A model generated the notes under the pieces. That model had not been told where the DNA came from and ran no database searches. It worked only from the letters and a program-made list of their open reading frames with translations. Shown here in pieces: positions 1-8,189 of a stretch of DNA of 26,038 nt. The DNA is from a virus (lineage: Duplodnaviria; Caudoviricetes): positions 1 through 26,038 of the IMG/VR virus record IMGVR_UViG_3300044724_009212; one strand, 5' to 3'. Numbering within the stretch: the first letter of the stretch is position 1; each line of letters starts with the position of its first letter. The position numbers and the translations under genes were made by a program.

Positions 1-1619
1 GTTCCTGAGGATGCTAATTCGTGATCCTCATAATATTTGTAGTTTCCAATGGCTGCCATTCTCAGACAGTCAACAGGGTCTTTAGTTACAGCTTTGGGTC
101 CATGCTCGACCTGATAATTGGAACAGCAGTGAATCGTATTTTGGCACTTATCACTGAAAATGAGCTTTGAATGATTATCGAAACCTATGGGTTTCGATTT
201 ATCATAGCTGAGTAAAGAGTTGATCGCTTGTAGACCATCATCGATGGGCAATCCTTCTGCTGGATATGCATGGATGCCTTCATCCATAAGATCAGAAATG
301 ATATTGGATGTTCCTTCAGACTTTTGATAGCTGGCAGCACCTAATCTAGGGTCGATGATTATTTCGACATTCTCCTTACCCTTGATCATCTCACGGATCA
401 CTTCGGCATAATCGTGTATGCCATACCCATTAGGTTGGGCAGCCTCACCGGGTCTACCTTGGGTGCCTTTTTCCATGTCAGCCCAGGTCCCAAAGGCTGG
501 GTCGGGCCACTCATCCACAACATAATGAACCCCATTAGCTGTGACTCCTATGAGCAGTATAAACCAAGGTTTCGCTCCAGCCGGATCAATAGATAATACC
601 CATTGAGCTGGATTCTTGGTTGGGTCTTTTAGCACAGGAATCTCGTCATGCTTCATGACCACTTTGTCATCAAGGTTAGGGAAAACTGTATTGGCTGGCT
701 TTACGGGTAGCCCGTAAGCACGGCACTTTATCTCGTCTCTAGTAGCACCTTTGAGCTGGTTGCGTGTAGCCTTCCAAGAGTTGTAAGGGTTGTCTTGGGT
801 GTGAAAATAAAGCACCCGTGCACTTGCCCTTACAGATTGCTGTAAAACAGGTACTTTCTCGCCATCGAGTAACTCAGCTTCCTTTTCGATTAAGGTTCTA
901 GCTCCTGTGAGGTATTGGGAGACAACATTTGTCCATCCACTTACTGTTGTAAAACTCATCAAGATTCGTGCTGGTATTCCACGGGAATCAGCACGGGTTA
1001 AACAGCGGTAGCGAAGAGTGGTTAACCAATTGAGATTAAATTCCTCATCCAGCCAGCAACCTATAGAGTGCGAGCCTTCTGCTGGGTCTTGTATCAGCCC
1101 ACACTCTCCACCCTCAACAGTTCCAACATCTTGTTGGAAGTTACGAAAGGTACAGGTGCTACGATTTGGAAGAACAAAGGCTGAATTAGTGAAGCCGTTC
1201 TTGATGCTATATCGTACCGAATGAACACGGCTGTGACCTAGCTTTTTGTATTCGGGAGGAAGGTAGCGGTAAATGGCTGCCTGTTGGTGAGCAATCGAGT
1301 TTTGAGCACTAGTAGTGAAGCACCAAATATTAGTGCCGGGGTTCATCACCAAGGATCGCACTACTCTTTTCGCACAAACTTCTGTCTTGGAACTGCGGTT
1401 GCCTCCAAGTAAGAGAACTTCGGCAAAATCATCAAGTTGCTCATCTAGAAGCTTCCAATGTGGTAGCTCTGTTCCATAGCGGTAAGGGTCTTCTCGCTCT
1501 CGCTCGATTGCAGCTTCACGATGTTGCCAATATTCAAGCAACCTCTCTGCACCCATGTTGACCTGATCTTCCTCTGAGGGAATTTCTAGGATGGGATGTG
1601 GAGTCCAAGCTATGCTCAT
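1..1619 (-). CDS. terL: Terminase large subunit (3' end runs off the left edge of the window)
   Basis: Hand translation from ATG 1619 (MSIAWTPHPILEIP...) stays open to base 3. It shows Walker A LLLGGNRSSKT, Walker B CWLDEE, coupling motif SFTT, HTQDNPY, nuclease SIDPAG and C-terminal KDPVDCLR. Confidence 0.93.
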   Translation of the reverse strand, partial: MSIAWTPHPILEIPSEEDQVNMGAERLLEYWQHREAAIEREREDPYRYGTELPHWKLLDEQLDDFAEVLLLGGNRSSKTEVCAKRVVRSLVMNPGTNIWCFTTSAQNSIAHQQAAIYRYLPPEYKKLGHSRVHSVRYSIKNGFTNSAFVLPNRSTCTFRNFQQDVGTVEGGECGLIQDPAEGSHSIGCWLDEEFNLNWLTTLRYRCLTRADSRGIPARILMSFTTVSGWTNVVSQYLTGARTLIEKEAELLDGEKVPVLQQSVRASARVLYFHTQDNPYNSWKATRNQLKGATRDEIKCRAYGLPVKPANTVFPNLDDKVVMKHDEIPVLKDPTKNPAQWVLSIDPAGAKPWFILLIGVTANGVHYVVDEWPDPAFGTWADMEKGTQGRPGEAAQPNGYGIHDYAEVIREMIKGKENVEIIIDPRLGAASYQKSEGTSNIISDLMDEGIHAYPAEGLPIDDGLQAINSLLSYDKSKPIGFDNHSKLIFSDKCQNTIHCCSNYQVEHGPKAVTKDPVDCLRMAAIGNYKYYEDHELASSG

Positions 1620-1660
1620 GTTTTGGGTAGTGAGCTTTGAGCAGAAACCCGTTCAGAATC
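1617..1660 (-). promoter_or_regulatory. Phage-specific promoter-like motif, copy 1 (terL, apparently leaderless)
   Basis: Minus strand reads GATTCTGAAC-N18-CACTA-N8-ATG(1619), the same geometry as the copy at 7126-7167. Confidence 0.65.
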
Positions 1661-1700
1661 TTTTTTCGGGATTGGCGAAAATTTTTTGTTTGGCTGAACT

Positions 1701-1815
1701 GGTCGGGGTTTTCAAGGAGGCTATCCCCCCGACCCCCTCCCCCCTTTTCTTCGCTAATATTGACGCATTTTTGCGTCAATATTGGTCACTTTAAGGCTAG
1801 AACCGCTTAAATACT
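1701..1815. other. Candidate packaging initiation (pac/cos-like) region
   Basis: Lies just upstream of terL. Contains GGTCGGGG..CCCCGACC inverted repeat, C/G tracts at 1725-1744 (GGGGGGAGGGGGTC on minus), the perfect palindrome AATATTGACGCA-tttt-TGCGTCAATATT (1756-1783) and CCGCTTAAATACT (1803-1815). Confidence 0.5.
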
Positions 1816-1860
1816 GAGGTTTAGCCGTATAAAACAAGGACAGAAAGTCTTAGCGTTTAT

Positions 1861-1894
1861 TTATTCTGAACGGCTTGGACCACGCTACGGACAA
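1861..1894 (+). promoter_or_regulatory. Phage-specific promoter-like motif, copy 2
   Basis: TTATTCTGAAC-N18-GACAA upstream of ATG 1928. Confidence 0.5.
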
Positions 1895-1927
1895 TTAGTG
1901 AAAACATTTCTAACACTTGCACCTTTT

Positions 1928-2272
1928 ATGAGTACCAAAATCAGAAAACTACCAAAACGATTCGAACGCCATGGCTTCAGCCTCAAACAGATGAAGCGAA
2001 TAGCTGACATAGCTATCTACGAAGCCAAGTACCTTGGAGCTACATCCAGGTCCAAGATACAAGGATACATCGTAGCCAAGATTCAAAGGGAGAAGGAGGA
2101 GACTCTTCCAAGCGGTACTGTGTTGCCAGCGAGAGAGGACTTACCTCGTAAGAGTAAGTTCGGTAAATATGGCTGGTTCTATATGCCCACAAGTCTTGTC
2201 ACCGCTACTACACATTTCGATGAGTTAGTCGCTCAGGTGACCCAAGAGTCACCTTCGCTCCAAAAGGCTTAA
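1928..2272 (+). CDS. Hypothetical basic phage protein
   Basis: ORF track gives 1898..2272. The in-frame ATG 1928 (MSTKIRKLPKRFERHGF) is preferred because it lies downstream of the promoter motif. Confidence 0.7.
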   Translation: MSTKIRKLPKRFERHGFSLKQMKRIADIAIYEAKYLGATSRSKIQGYIVAKIQREKEETLPSGTVLPAREDLPRKSKFGKYGWFYMPTSLVTATTHFDELVAQVTQESPSLQKA

Positions 2273-2294
2273 TTCTGTAACTGCCGGACAAGCT

Positions 2295-2510
2295 ATGAGG
2301 ATAATTTTAAGTCACTACTCGACAGAGCTTTCATGGGAGGATCACGATGCAGAAGATTTATCTGTGGTGATCGAAGGAATAAGGGGATTACTAGTTGGTG
2401 CTGGGTTTCATCCCTGTGCGGTAGACAACTGCTTTTGCTTAGATTCCTCATGGAATATTGAGATAGCAGAAAAGGAGGATCAAGATGCCCACAAAGAAGA
2501 AGCGGATTAA
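2295..2510 (+). CDS. Small acidic hypothetical protein
   Basis: 71-aa ORF filling the gap in the operon and overlapping the next gene. Confidence 0.65.
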   Translation: MRIILSHYSTELSWEDHDAEDLSVVIEGIRGLLVGAGFHPCAVDNCFCLDSSWNIEIAEKEDQDAHKEEAD

Positions 2511-2988
2511 CATCATACCTGACAATATGCCAGCCGTGACAAACCCTGAAGAGACTTGTCCTTCACTCTACACGGGCCAAAAGCTCGCAGAGACTGATCC
2601 TGAGAAGTATGGTCGGATCGTTCAGGGCTTAGGTGAAGGCAAGCCAATGAGTAGGATCGCTAAGAGCGAGAGAGTCAGCCCGGAGACAATCGCTGCCATC
2701 GCTAAGCGAGAGAATAAGAGCGTGGAAGCCGTCCAAGCTTTGACCGCTGGATTAACCAGCTACGCTTCTCAAGCTTGCCTAATGAAGATCATTGAAAAGC
2801 TGGATCGTGATGAGATTCCAGCGGGAGTGCTGCCTATCACCTTTGGTATCCTTAGGGATAAAGAGAAGAACGACCTGGGCCAAGCTACGGCTGTAATCGA
2901 GCATAAGGCTACCCTTACGATAGATGATGTGAAGGCACAGCTTGAACAGATGAAGCGAGGTGCCGTTGAAGCCGAAGTGGAAGATTAG
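2485..2988 (+). CDS. HTH protein, possible terminase small subunit
   Basis: HTH-like IVQGLGEGKPMSRIAKSERVSPETIAAI, then amphipathic helices and a short C-terminal tail (GQATAVIEHK). This is a TerS-like layout and it lies close to terL. Confidence 0.5.
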   Translation: MPTKKKRINIIPDNMPAVTNPEETCPSLYTGQKLAETDPEKYGRIVQGLGEGKPMSRIAKSERVSPETIAAIAKRENKSVEAVQALTAGLTSYASQACLMKIIEKLDRDEIPAGVLPITFGILRDKEKNDLGQATAVIEHKATLTIDDVKAQLEQMKRGAVEAEVED

Positions 2989-3077
2989 GCGAAAGGTTCT
3001 GTTTACCAAAGCTCGCCCACACAAGGTGAAGACTAAGGTCTTGCCAAGGAAAGCGAAGTTTCAGCATAAGTGGGTGT

Positions 3078-3284
3078 ATGAGTAATTTTAAGAGAATGCA
3101 TCTAGTTGCTATTCCTACGGCAATAGTTTGTATGATTTGGCTTTTCCCAAAGTGGTCAGGCGTTATTAGCCAAAATTGGCAAAGAGGTATTGGTTTTACA
3201 TTTGGAATGCTTATGGCGGCATACATGCTAGGTTGTATATTTGGATTGGTTTTAAACCTAGTCTTAAAGTTATTTCGTAAGTAA
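3078..3284 (+). CDS. Small two-TM membrane protein (moron-like)
   Basis: Two hydrophobic segments and a basic C-terminus. Upstream TTGCCA-N18-CATAAG-N7-ATG. Confidence 0.6.
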   Translation: MSNFKRMHLVAIPTAIVCMIWLFPKWSGVISQNWQRGIGFTFGMLMAAYMLGCIFGLVLNLVLKLFRK

Positions 3285-3294
3285 CCCCTAAACA

Positions 3295-3367
3295 AAGAAT
3301 CTCTATCTAAGGATAGAGATTCTTATAAGCTGTTAAGCGGTAACAGCTACATAGCTATAACAGCTAT
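3295..3367. repeat. Cluster of three inverted repeats between convergent genes
   Basis: AAGAATCTCTATC-taag-GATAGAGATTCTT (13-bp arms), AGCTGTTA-agcgg-TAACAGCT, and ATAGCT-ataac-AGCTAT. Confidence 0.8.
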
Positions 3368-3387
3368 TAACGCGCGCACACGTGAGG

Positions 3388-4641
3388 CTACTGCGTTGGC
3401 TTGATCGCCCAAAACTGTTTGTTGGTCTTGTCGGTCACTCCTTTGACAGCTCTATAGTGTGAGTGGATCACATTGACTGAGTTACCAGCCCAATCTGCTA
3501 CCTGACCTACATTTTGCTTAAGCTTTTGATAGTAGGTAATGCCCGTGTGCCTCATTGCATCGTTAATCCACCTTGGGCGTGATTCATTACCGCTATCTGC
3601 TACCAAGTCATCAAAGCCTTCCTTGTCCAAGCCATAGAGGGATCGCTTACTGATGCGGTAGCCGGATAAAGCTCTGATAAAGTCATAGAGTTTACGGACA
3701 TTGGTTGGAGATACAGAACCTTGCTTCAGGGCGTAAGGCTTAACCCACTCAACACAGGTATCGGGTAAATCGATAGAACGGCGTTTAGCGCCCTTGCCGT
3801 CAATTGTGACGATATTCTCGTCCCAATTAAAGTCTTCCCAATGCAAGCGGTTAATCTCTTCAGGGCGGATCGCTGCAAATATTCCAAGGGCAAAGAACGG
3901 AACCATCGATCCGGCATCAATCTGCTCAGCCCAACTAAGAAGAGTTTCTACCTCAGGAATATTAAGAGCCTCAGGTACCCTATCCTCAGCATTAGGCTTA
4001 TCGACTTTTGTGAGAGGGTTTTTAAAGCAAAGCTCTTTCTTGAAGCACCAATTAAAGAAGGCATGAAGACAGGCGTATTCATTACGACGCTCTGTGTCAT
4101 TCACATCCTTCATTTCATCGTAAATCCAATCTTCCATGTATTGGCTTTCAATGTCATCGAGGGTCGCATTGTCATCGATATAAATTTCGAAGCGAGTCAG
4201 CCTTCTTTTAAATTGGAACTGATGGTCTTTGCTTGTCCTGACCAACTTTGGATTAGCGAGGTACATTTTTATGGCATCTGATACCAAGGTATTTTTGTTA
4301 ACCGACTCAAATTGAGTCATGTAGAAAATGGCAGCATCGGTAAGAGTTTTGGTATTAGCACCAAACTTTGCAGCTAGAAGGTTTATTGCATTAATAGCAT
4401 CCACTTCCTCAAGATCAGATAGTCTTGTTTTGCGGATAGCACCGCTAAGAAGATATTGCTCGCCTTTATCTCTTTGCTCTTCAGCCCAGCGGTCGGCTTG
4501 TTCCTTAGTTGTGAACCTTTTTCTAGCACGTTTACGCTTGCCGTTTTTATCTCTATGTGGCAAAACTCCATCGACATGCCACTTACCTGTGGTATTACTT
4601 TTTTCTACTTTGATGTATTCTCGATTCCAGTCATGTTTCAT
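3388..4641 (-). CDS. int: Tyrosine recombinase / phage integrase
   Basis: N-terminal arm-binding region (KRARKRFTTKEQA), SAM-like core-binding region, catalytic R (AAIRPEEI), K (GKG), DAMRH and GNS..IHSHY. Adjacent to a tRNA fragment. Confidence 0.95.
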   Translation of the reverse strand: MKHDWNREYIKVEKSNTTGKWHVDGVLPHRDKNGKRKRARKRFTTKEQADRWAEEQRDKGEQYLLSGAIRKTRLSDLEEVDAINAINLLAAKFGANTKTLTDAAIFYMTQFESVNKNTLVSDAIKMYLANPKLVRTSKDHQFQFKRRLTRFEIYIDDNATLDDIESQYMEDWIYDEMKDVNDTERRNEYACLHAFFNWCFKKELCFKNPLTKVDKPNAEDRVPEALNIPEVETLLSWAEQIDAGSMVPFFALGIFAAIRPEEINRLHWEDFNWDENIVTIDGKGAKRRSIDLPDTCVEWVKPYALKQGSVSPTNVRKLYDFIRALSGYRISKRSLYGLDKEGFDDLVADSGNESRPRWINDAMRHTGITYYQKLKQNVGQVADWAGNSVNVIHSHYRAVKGVTDKTNKQFWAIKPTQ

Positions 4642-4687
4642 TTCAAGTTCCTCCGAATTTGGTGGTTGTCATTATGATCGCAAGTCA

Positions 4688-4926
<239 letters not shown>

Positions 4927-4943
4927 CGAAGGAAAAAGTAGCT

Positions 4944-4969
4944 AAAAAAAATCCCCGCCAAAAACGGGG
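4944..4969 (-). terminator. Intrinsic terminator downstream of the large orphan gene
   Basis: Minus strand CCCCG-tttttgg-CGGGG followed by ATTTTTTT. Confidence 0.6.
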
Positions 4970-4993
4970 CTAAAGCTTTTATTATATTTCTAC

Positions 4994-5026
4994 AAAAGAG
5001 CACCTCTCAGGAGGCGCTCTTTTTTT
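4994..5026. terminator. Likely bidirectional terminator overlapping the orphan's stop codon
   Basis: AAAAGAGCACCTC-tcag-GAGGCGCTCTTTTTTT with A/T tracts on both sides. Confidence 0.65.
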
Positions 5027-6980
5027 GTGCAGATTTTGCAGCTAGTCGAGTCTCTCGGTTCTCAACAATGGTCTGCATATGTTCGTTACCGAAATGGTTG
5101 ATTAGAAATTCTGCGACCTGTTTTGACTTAGCATAAAATGCTACCTGACCATGATGTTGGAAGTATTGAACCTTCTTTCCGGCTCCTGATGCACCCTCTT
5201 CTTTCACTTGTGCATTTAGGGTCTTGATTGCACTAGTGGGCCAAATTTTTACAAAGCTTTGCCATGTCGGATGCAAGAGTGTTTGGCGACCCCAACTGTT
5301 TGTGATTTTAGCGTAGGGTGACTCCTCTTTTCGAGTCATTACATTACGAAGTTTATCTGCAGAAGGTGGTGACATTTTAGCTCGACCTGACCTTCTTTGG
5401 TAATCCCCTACCCATACAACCATTACATCACCCAATGAGCATCCAGCATATGTGTCGGAAACTGTTTCAATTAGGTTGGTCAGTCGCTCTAGCAATGACT
5501 GGTCATCTTGTCCCCACAGCTTTGCTTTAGCGGTTCGTTCTATCACTTTACCAGCTCCAATGTGCATAAGGTCATTTCTGACCTTTTTGGGTAATTCCAC
5601 CATTTCATCATTTGGTGTGGCTATGGGTGCCATAGCTTTTTTCTCCTTAATCCTAAAATACATACCTTGAAGCTGAGCAAGTGCGCCCTCATTTTCAAAA
5701 ATCGCCCAAGATTTGATCCTCTCTATAAGCTCCAAAAAATCACCAAACTTGGCTCTAGTTTGATGATCAAAAGTTTCGTCATAAACACCTTCCCAAAAGC
5801 CTATCGAGTAAATGCGATCCTCTACCCACTCTACAGTAGATTCTAGTGCATCAAAGTCATTAAAGTTCTTTAGATGACCTTTGTAGGAAACTGAGTCAAA
5901 ACCTTCACGGCAAAATTCAAGCATATCCTTCCACTTTGATATGTGTACATTTTTCAAAAGCCTTTTAGCTTCAGGAAGAATTTTGGTAATCAACTCCTGA
6001 ACCTCTAACTCTACATCCCTACTACCTCCCAATACATTTGTCCTAGCATATAGAGGGTGTGCTGCCTTACCATCAAGGTATGATGCTAGTGCAATAGAAA
6101 ACACTCTTACTACTCCATTTTTATAGTAGTTACTTGTGTAATAAGGGATTGTTTTATCTTGGTCTACATAGTCCCTGAATTTTTGAATTTGATATTCTCG
6201 CTCATCAATATCCCACGGGGCATCCTCAGGGATTCTGTCTTTATTTCCATATCCAAATGCTGTGGCATTTGCTGAAGCAATTCCAATTTCATCAACCAAC
6301 CAATCAAGGTTCTTGATCAACTCAAGATAGTAAGACTCATGCTTGTAGAACCAATCGAGTGCCTTTTGAGCATCCTTTATTGGTACATCTTCTCCAAATC
6401 TAAATTTCTGACAGACCCATAGCTTTCTCATATCAAGTCCAGCAATGTGTTCATTATACAGATCACTGAATTTTAGAACCAAGAATGTGTGGCTTGCAGC
6501 AAACATTCTTAAACTAGAAAGCATTCCAACTATGTTGGCATAATTTTGAGTGTCATCATTGCTTACTTTCCAATCTATCGGCTTTGTAATTAGTTTGCCT
6601 GATGAGTCATTAAACAACCCCGCTTCTTTAGCTGATTTTGCAATATCGTAAAACTTATCCAACCAACTGCAAAGAGTCTTGTAATGATCGGACTCAAAAA
6701 AACGTGTTTTAAAAATTACTACATCTCGATTTTCGCTATTTTCGTATTTCTCTGCACCCTCACAAAACCTAAAGGCTAAGAGGTATTTATTTAGGTCCAT
6801 TACCCAACCCCAGCCTCTTTCTTCCCAATCCAGCCAGCCTTCAGAAGTTCGATCCCCATAAGGCTCCCAAGCGTGTCGATCTTCATAACCGCCATAATAT
6901 ACAAACCCCTTCTTCCGCTTAGGTTTCACGGGTTTTTTCTTCCCGCCATTCGCTTTAACTATCCTGTTTGGCTTATCCAC
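5007..6980 (-). CDS. Large orphan protein (~657 aa) in the repressor position
   Basis: ORF track gives 5007..7049. GTG 6980 is preferred because it follows TTTACT-N17-CAAAAT-N6. Lys-rich N-terminus; no family recognised. Confidence 0.85.
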   Translation of the reverse strand: MDKPNRIVKANGGKKKPVKPKRKKGFVYYGGYEDRHAWEPYGDRTSEGWLDWEERGWGWVMDLNKYLLAFRFCEGAEKYENSENRDVVIFKTRFFESDHYKTLCSWLDKFYDIAKSAKEAGLFNDSSGKLITKPIDWKVSNDDTQNYANIVGMLSSLRMFAASHTFLVLKFSDLYNEHIAGLDMRKLWVCQKFRFGEDVPIKDAQKALDWFYKHESYYLELIKNLDWLVDEIGIASANATAFGYGNKDRIPEDAPWDIDEREYQIQKFRDYVDQDKTIPYYTSNYYKNGVVRVFSIALASYLDGKAAHPLYARTNVLGGSRDVELEVQELITKILPEAKRLLKNVHISKWKDMLEFCREGFDSVSYKGHLKNFNDFDALESTVEWVEDRIYSIGFWEGVYDETFDHQTRAKFGDFLELIERIKSWAIFENEGALAQLQGMYFRIKEKKAMAPIATPNDEMVELPKKVRNDLMHIGAGKVIERTAKAKLWGQDDQSLLERLTNLIETVSDTYAGCSLGDVMVVWVGDYQRRSGRAKMSPPSADKLRNVMTRKEESPYAKITNSWGRQTLLHPTWQSFVKIWPTSAIKTLNAQVKEEGASGAGKKVQYFQHHGQVAFYAKSKQVAEFLINHFGNEHMQTIVENRETRLAAKSAQKKSAS

Positions 6981-7015
6981 TATCCGATTTTGTAACGCGC
7001 TAAAAGAAAAGTAAA
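6978..7015 (-). promoter_or_regulatory. Sigma70-like leaderless leftward promoter
   Basis: TTTACT-N17-CAAAAT-N6-GTG, back-to-back with the rightward motif at 7021. Confidence 0.45.
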
Positions 7016-7017
7016 AA

Positions 7018-7063
7018 TTATTCTGAACGATTAGTTCATTAGTACCCACATGATTGGGTAATG
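7018..7063 (+). promoter_or_regulatory. Phage-specific promoter-like motif, copy 3
   Basis: TTATTCTGAAC-N18-CACAT-N9-ATG(7061), overlapped by the inverted repeat GTTCAT..TACCCA/TGGGTA ATGAAC. Confidence 0.55.
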
Positions 7064-7122
7064 AACGATAATACTAATCACTTAATCACTGTATTAAACA
7101 GGGTCGGAATATTTTTATTTTT

Positions 7123-7167
7123 TTATTCTGAACGACCTGATTGATCGGTCGCACTAGCAAGAGCATG
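7123..7167 (+). promoter_or_regulatory. Phage-specific promoter-like motif, copy 4 (replication operon, apparently leaderless)
   Basis: TTATTCTGAAC-N18-CACTA-N8-ATG(7165). Confidence 0.65.
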
Positions 7168-7647
7168 AAAGACGATAATCAGGTAATTACCTTTGCGGTA
7201 GACCCCGGAGCTAGTGGCGGATACGCACTTTGCTTTGGAGGCTTAAGAGCAATCACCCTTCACAATTTAGATACCTTTAGCGATCTATTGGAACACGTTA
7301 CAGAGCTAGAAGGAATCCATAAGGGATTCCTTCGAGCAATCATAGAAGATGTTCCACCCTATGCTGGTAAAAACATACCCAGCTATACCACTTTTAAGTT
7401 AGGCAGAAACTGCGGTCAGCTTGAGGGATTATTCCGAGCTAAGTCTATACCTGTTGAATTTGTTAGCCCTAAAAGATGGCAATCCAAGTTTACAGGCTTG
7501 AAAGGCTTACAAGGAGCACCCCGCAAAAGAGCACTCAAGGATCACGCCTGTAGGTTGTACCCCACCCTATTACCTAAACCAACTCTTCGTACCTGTGATG
7601 CCCTACTCATGGCTCACTATTTTTTCACCCATAGTAATAAATCCTAA
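7165..7647 (+). CDS. RuvC-like Holliday junction resolvase
   Basis: FAVDPGASGG, IIEDV, FKLGRNCG, VSPKRWQ and CDALLMA match the phage RuvC/RNase H-fold motif set. Confidence 0.85.
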   Translation: MKDDNQVITFAVDPGASGGYALCFGGLRAITLHNLDTFSDLLEHVTELEGIHKGFLRAIIEDVPPYAGKNIPSYTTFKLGRNCGQLEGLFRAKSIPVEFVSPKRWQSKFTGLKGLQGAPRKRALKDHACRLYPTLLPKPTLRTCDALLMAHYFFTHSNKS

Positions 7648-7663
7648 ATCATAGATAGATAAA

Positions 7664-8188
7664 ATGAAAGTAGCACAAAATACAATAAGTGGCGGTTCAG
7701 ACCGCAGTTTCGCAATCGACAAGAACGGGCCAACCGGAGCTTATCCAGCAAGGTTAGTAGATGTTCTAGACTCTGTAGATGTGGAGGTTCCCAAGTATGG
7801 CGAACCCGGCGTCATGGAGAGAAAGAATGTCACTAGGTTCTGTATTGCCTACAATGCCAAAGGTGAGACTCACCTCGTACAAAGTTGGGAGATGACTGTA
7901 AGTGCCAGCGAGCGCTCAGCACTCTTCAAGTTTCTAAGAGATATGAAGGGCGAAGCCCCTGTCTTCGATGGAGACTACGACTATTGTGATGAGATTGGTC
8001 AAACCTGCCAAGTAACTGTATCAAGTAAGGTCAGCAAAAAAGGCACACCTTACAATTACATTGCTTCGGTAGCTCCCCTCATGGAGGAGTTGGCTGATAA
8101 GGCACCAAAGTTGGAAGCGGTAGAAATACCGGGCGGGCGTCGTACCCCCATTAATGAGCCTTCACCCTTCAGCACGGAGGTAGCTTGA
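7664..8188 (+). CDS. Phage ssDNA-binding / replication protein (OB-like)
   Basis: PTGAYPARLVDV...SERSALFKFL...IGQTCQVTV...YNYIASV pattern, with a Pro/Phe-containing tail. Sits between the resolvase and the exonuclease. Confidence 0.65.
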   Translation: MKVAQNTISGGSDRSFAIDKNGPTGAYPARLVDVLDSVDVEVPKYGEPGVMERKNVTRFCIAYNAKGETHLVQSWEMTVSASERSALFKFLRDMKGEAPVFDGDYDYCDEIGQTCQVTVSSKVSKKGTPYNYIASVAPLMEELADKAPKLEAVEIPGGRRTPINEPSPFSTEVA

Positions 8189-8189
8189 A

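Noticed and set aside
414-1794. Track ORFs 414-596, 1018-1224, 1534-1779 and 1591-1794
   Set aside because: They are shadows of terL or overlap the regulatory region.
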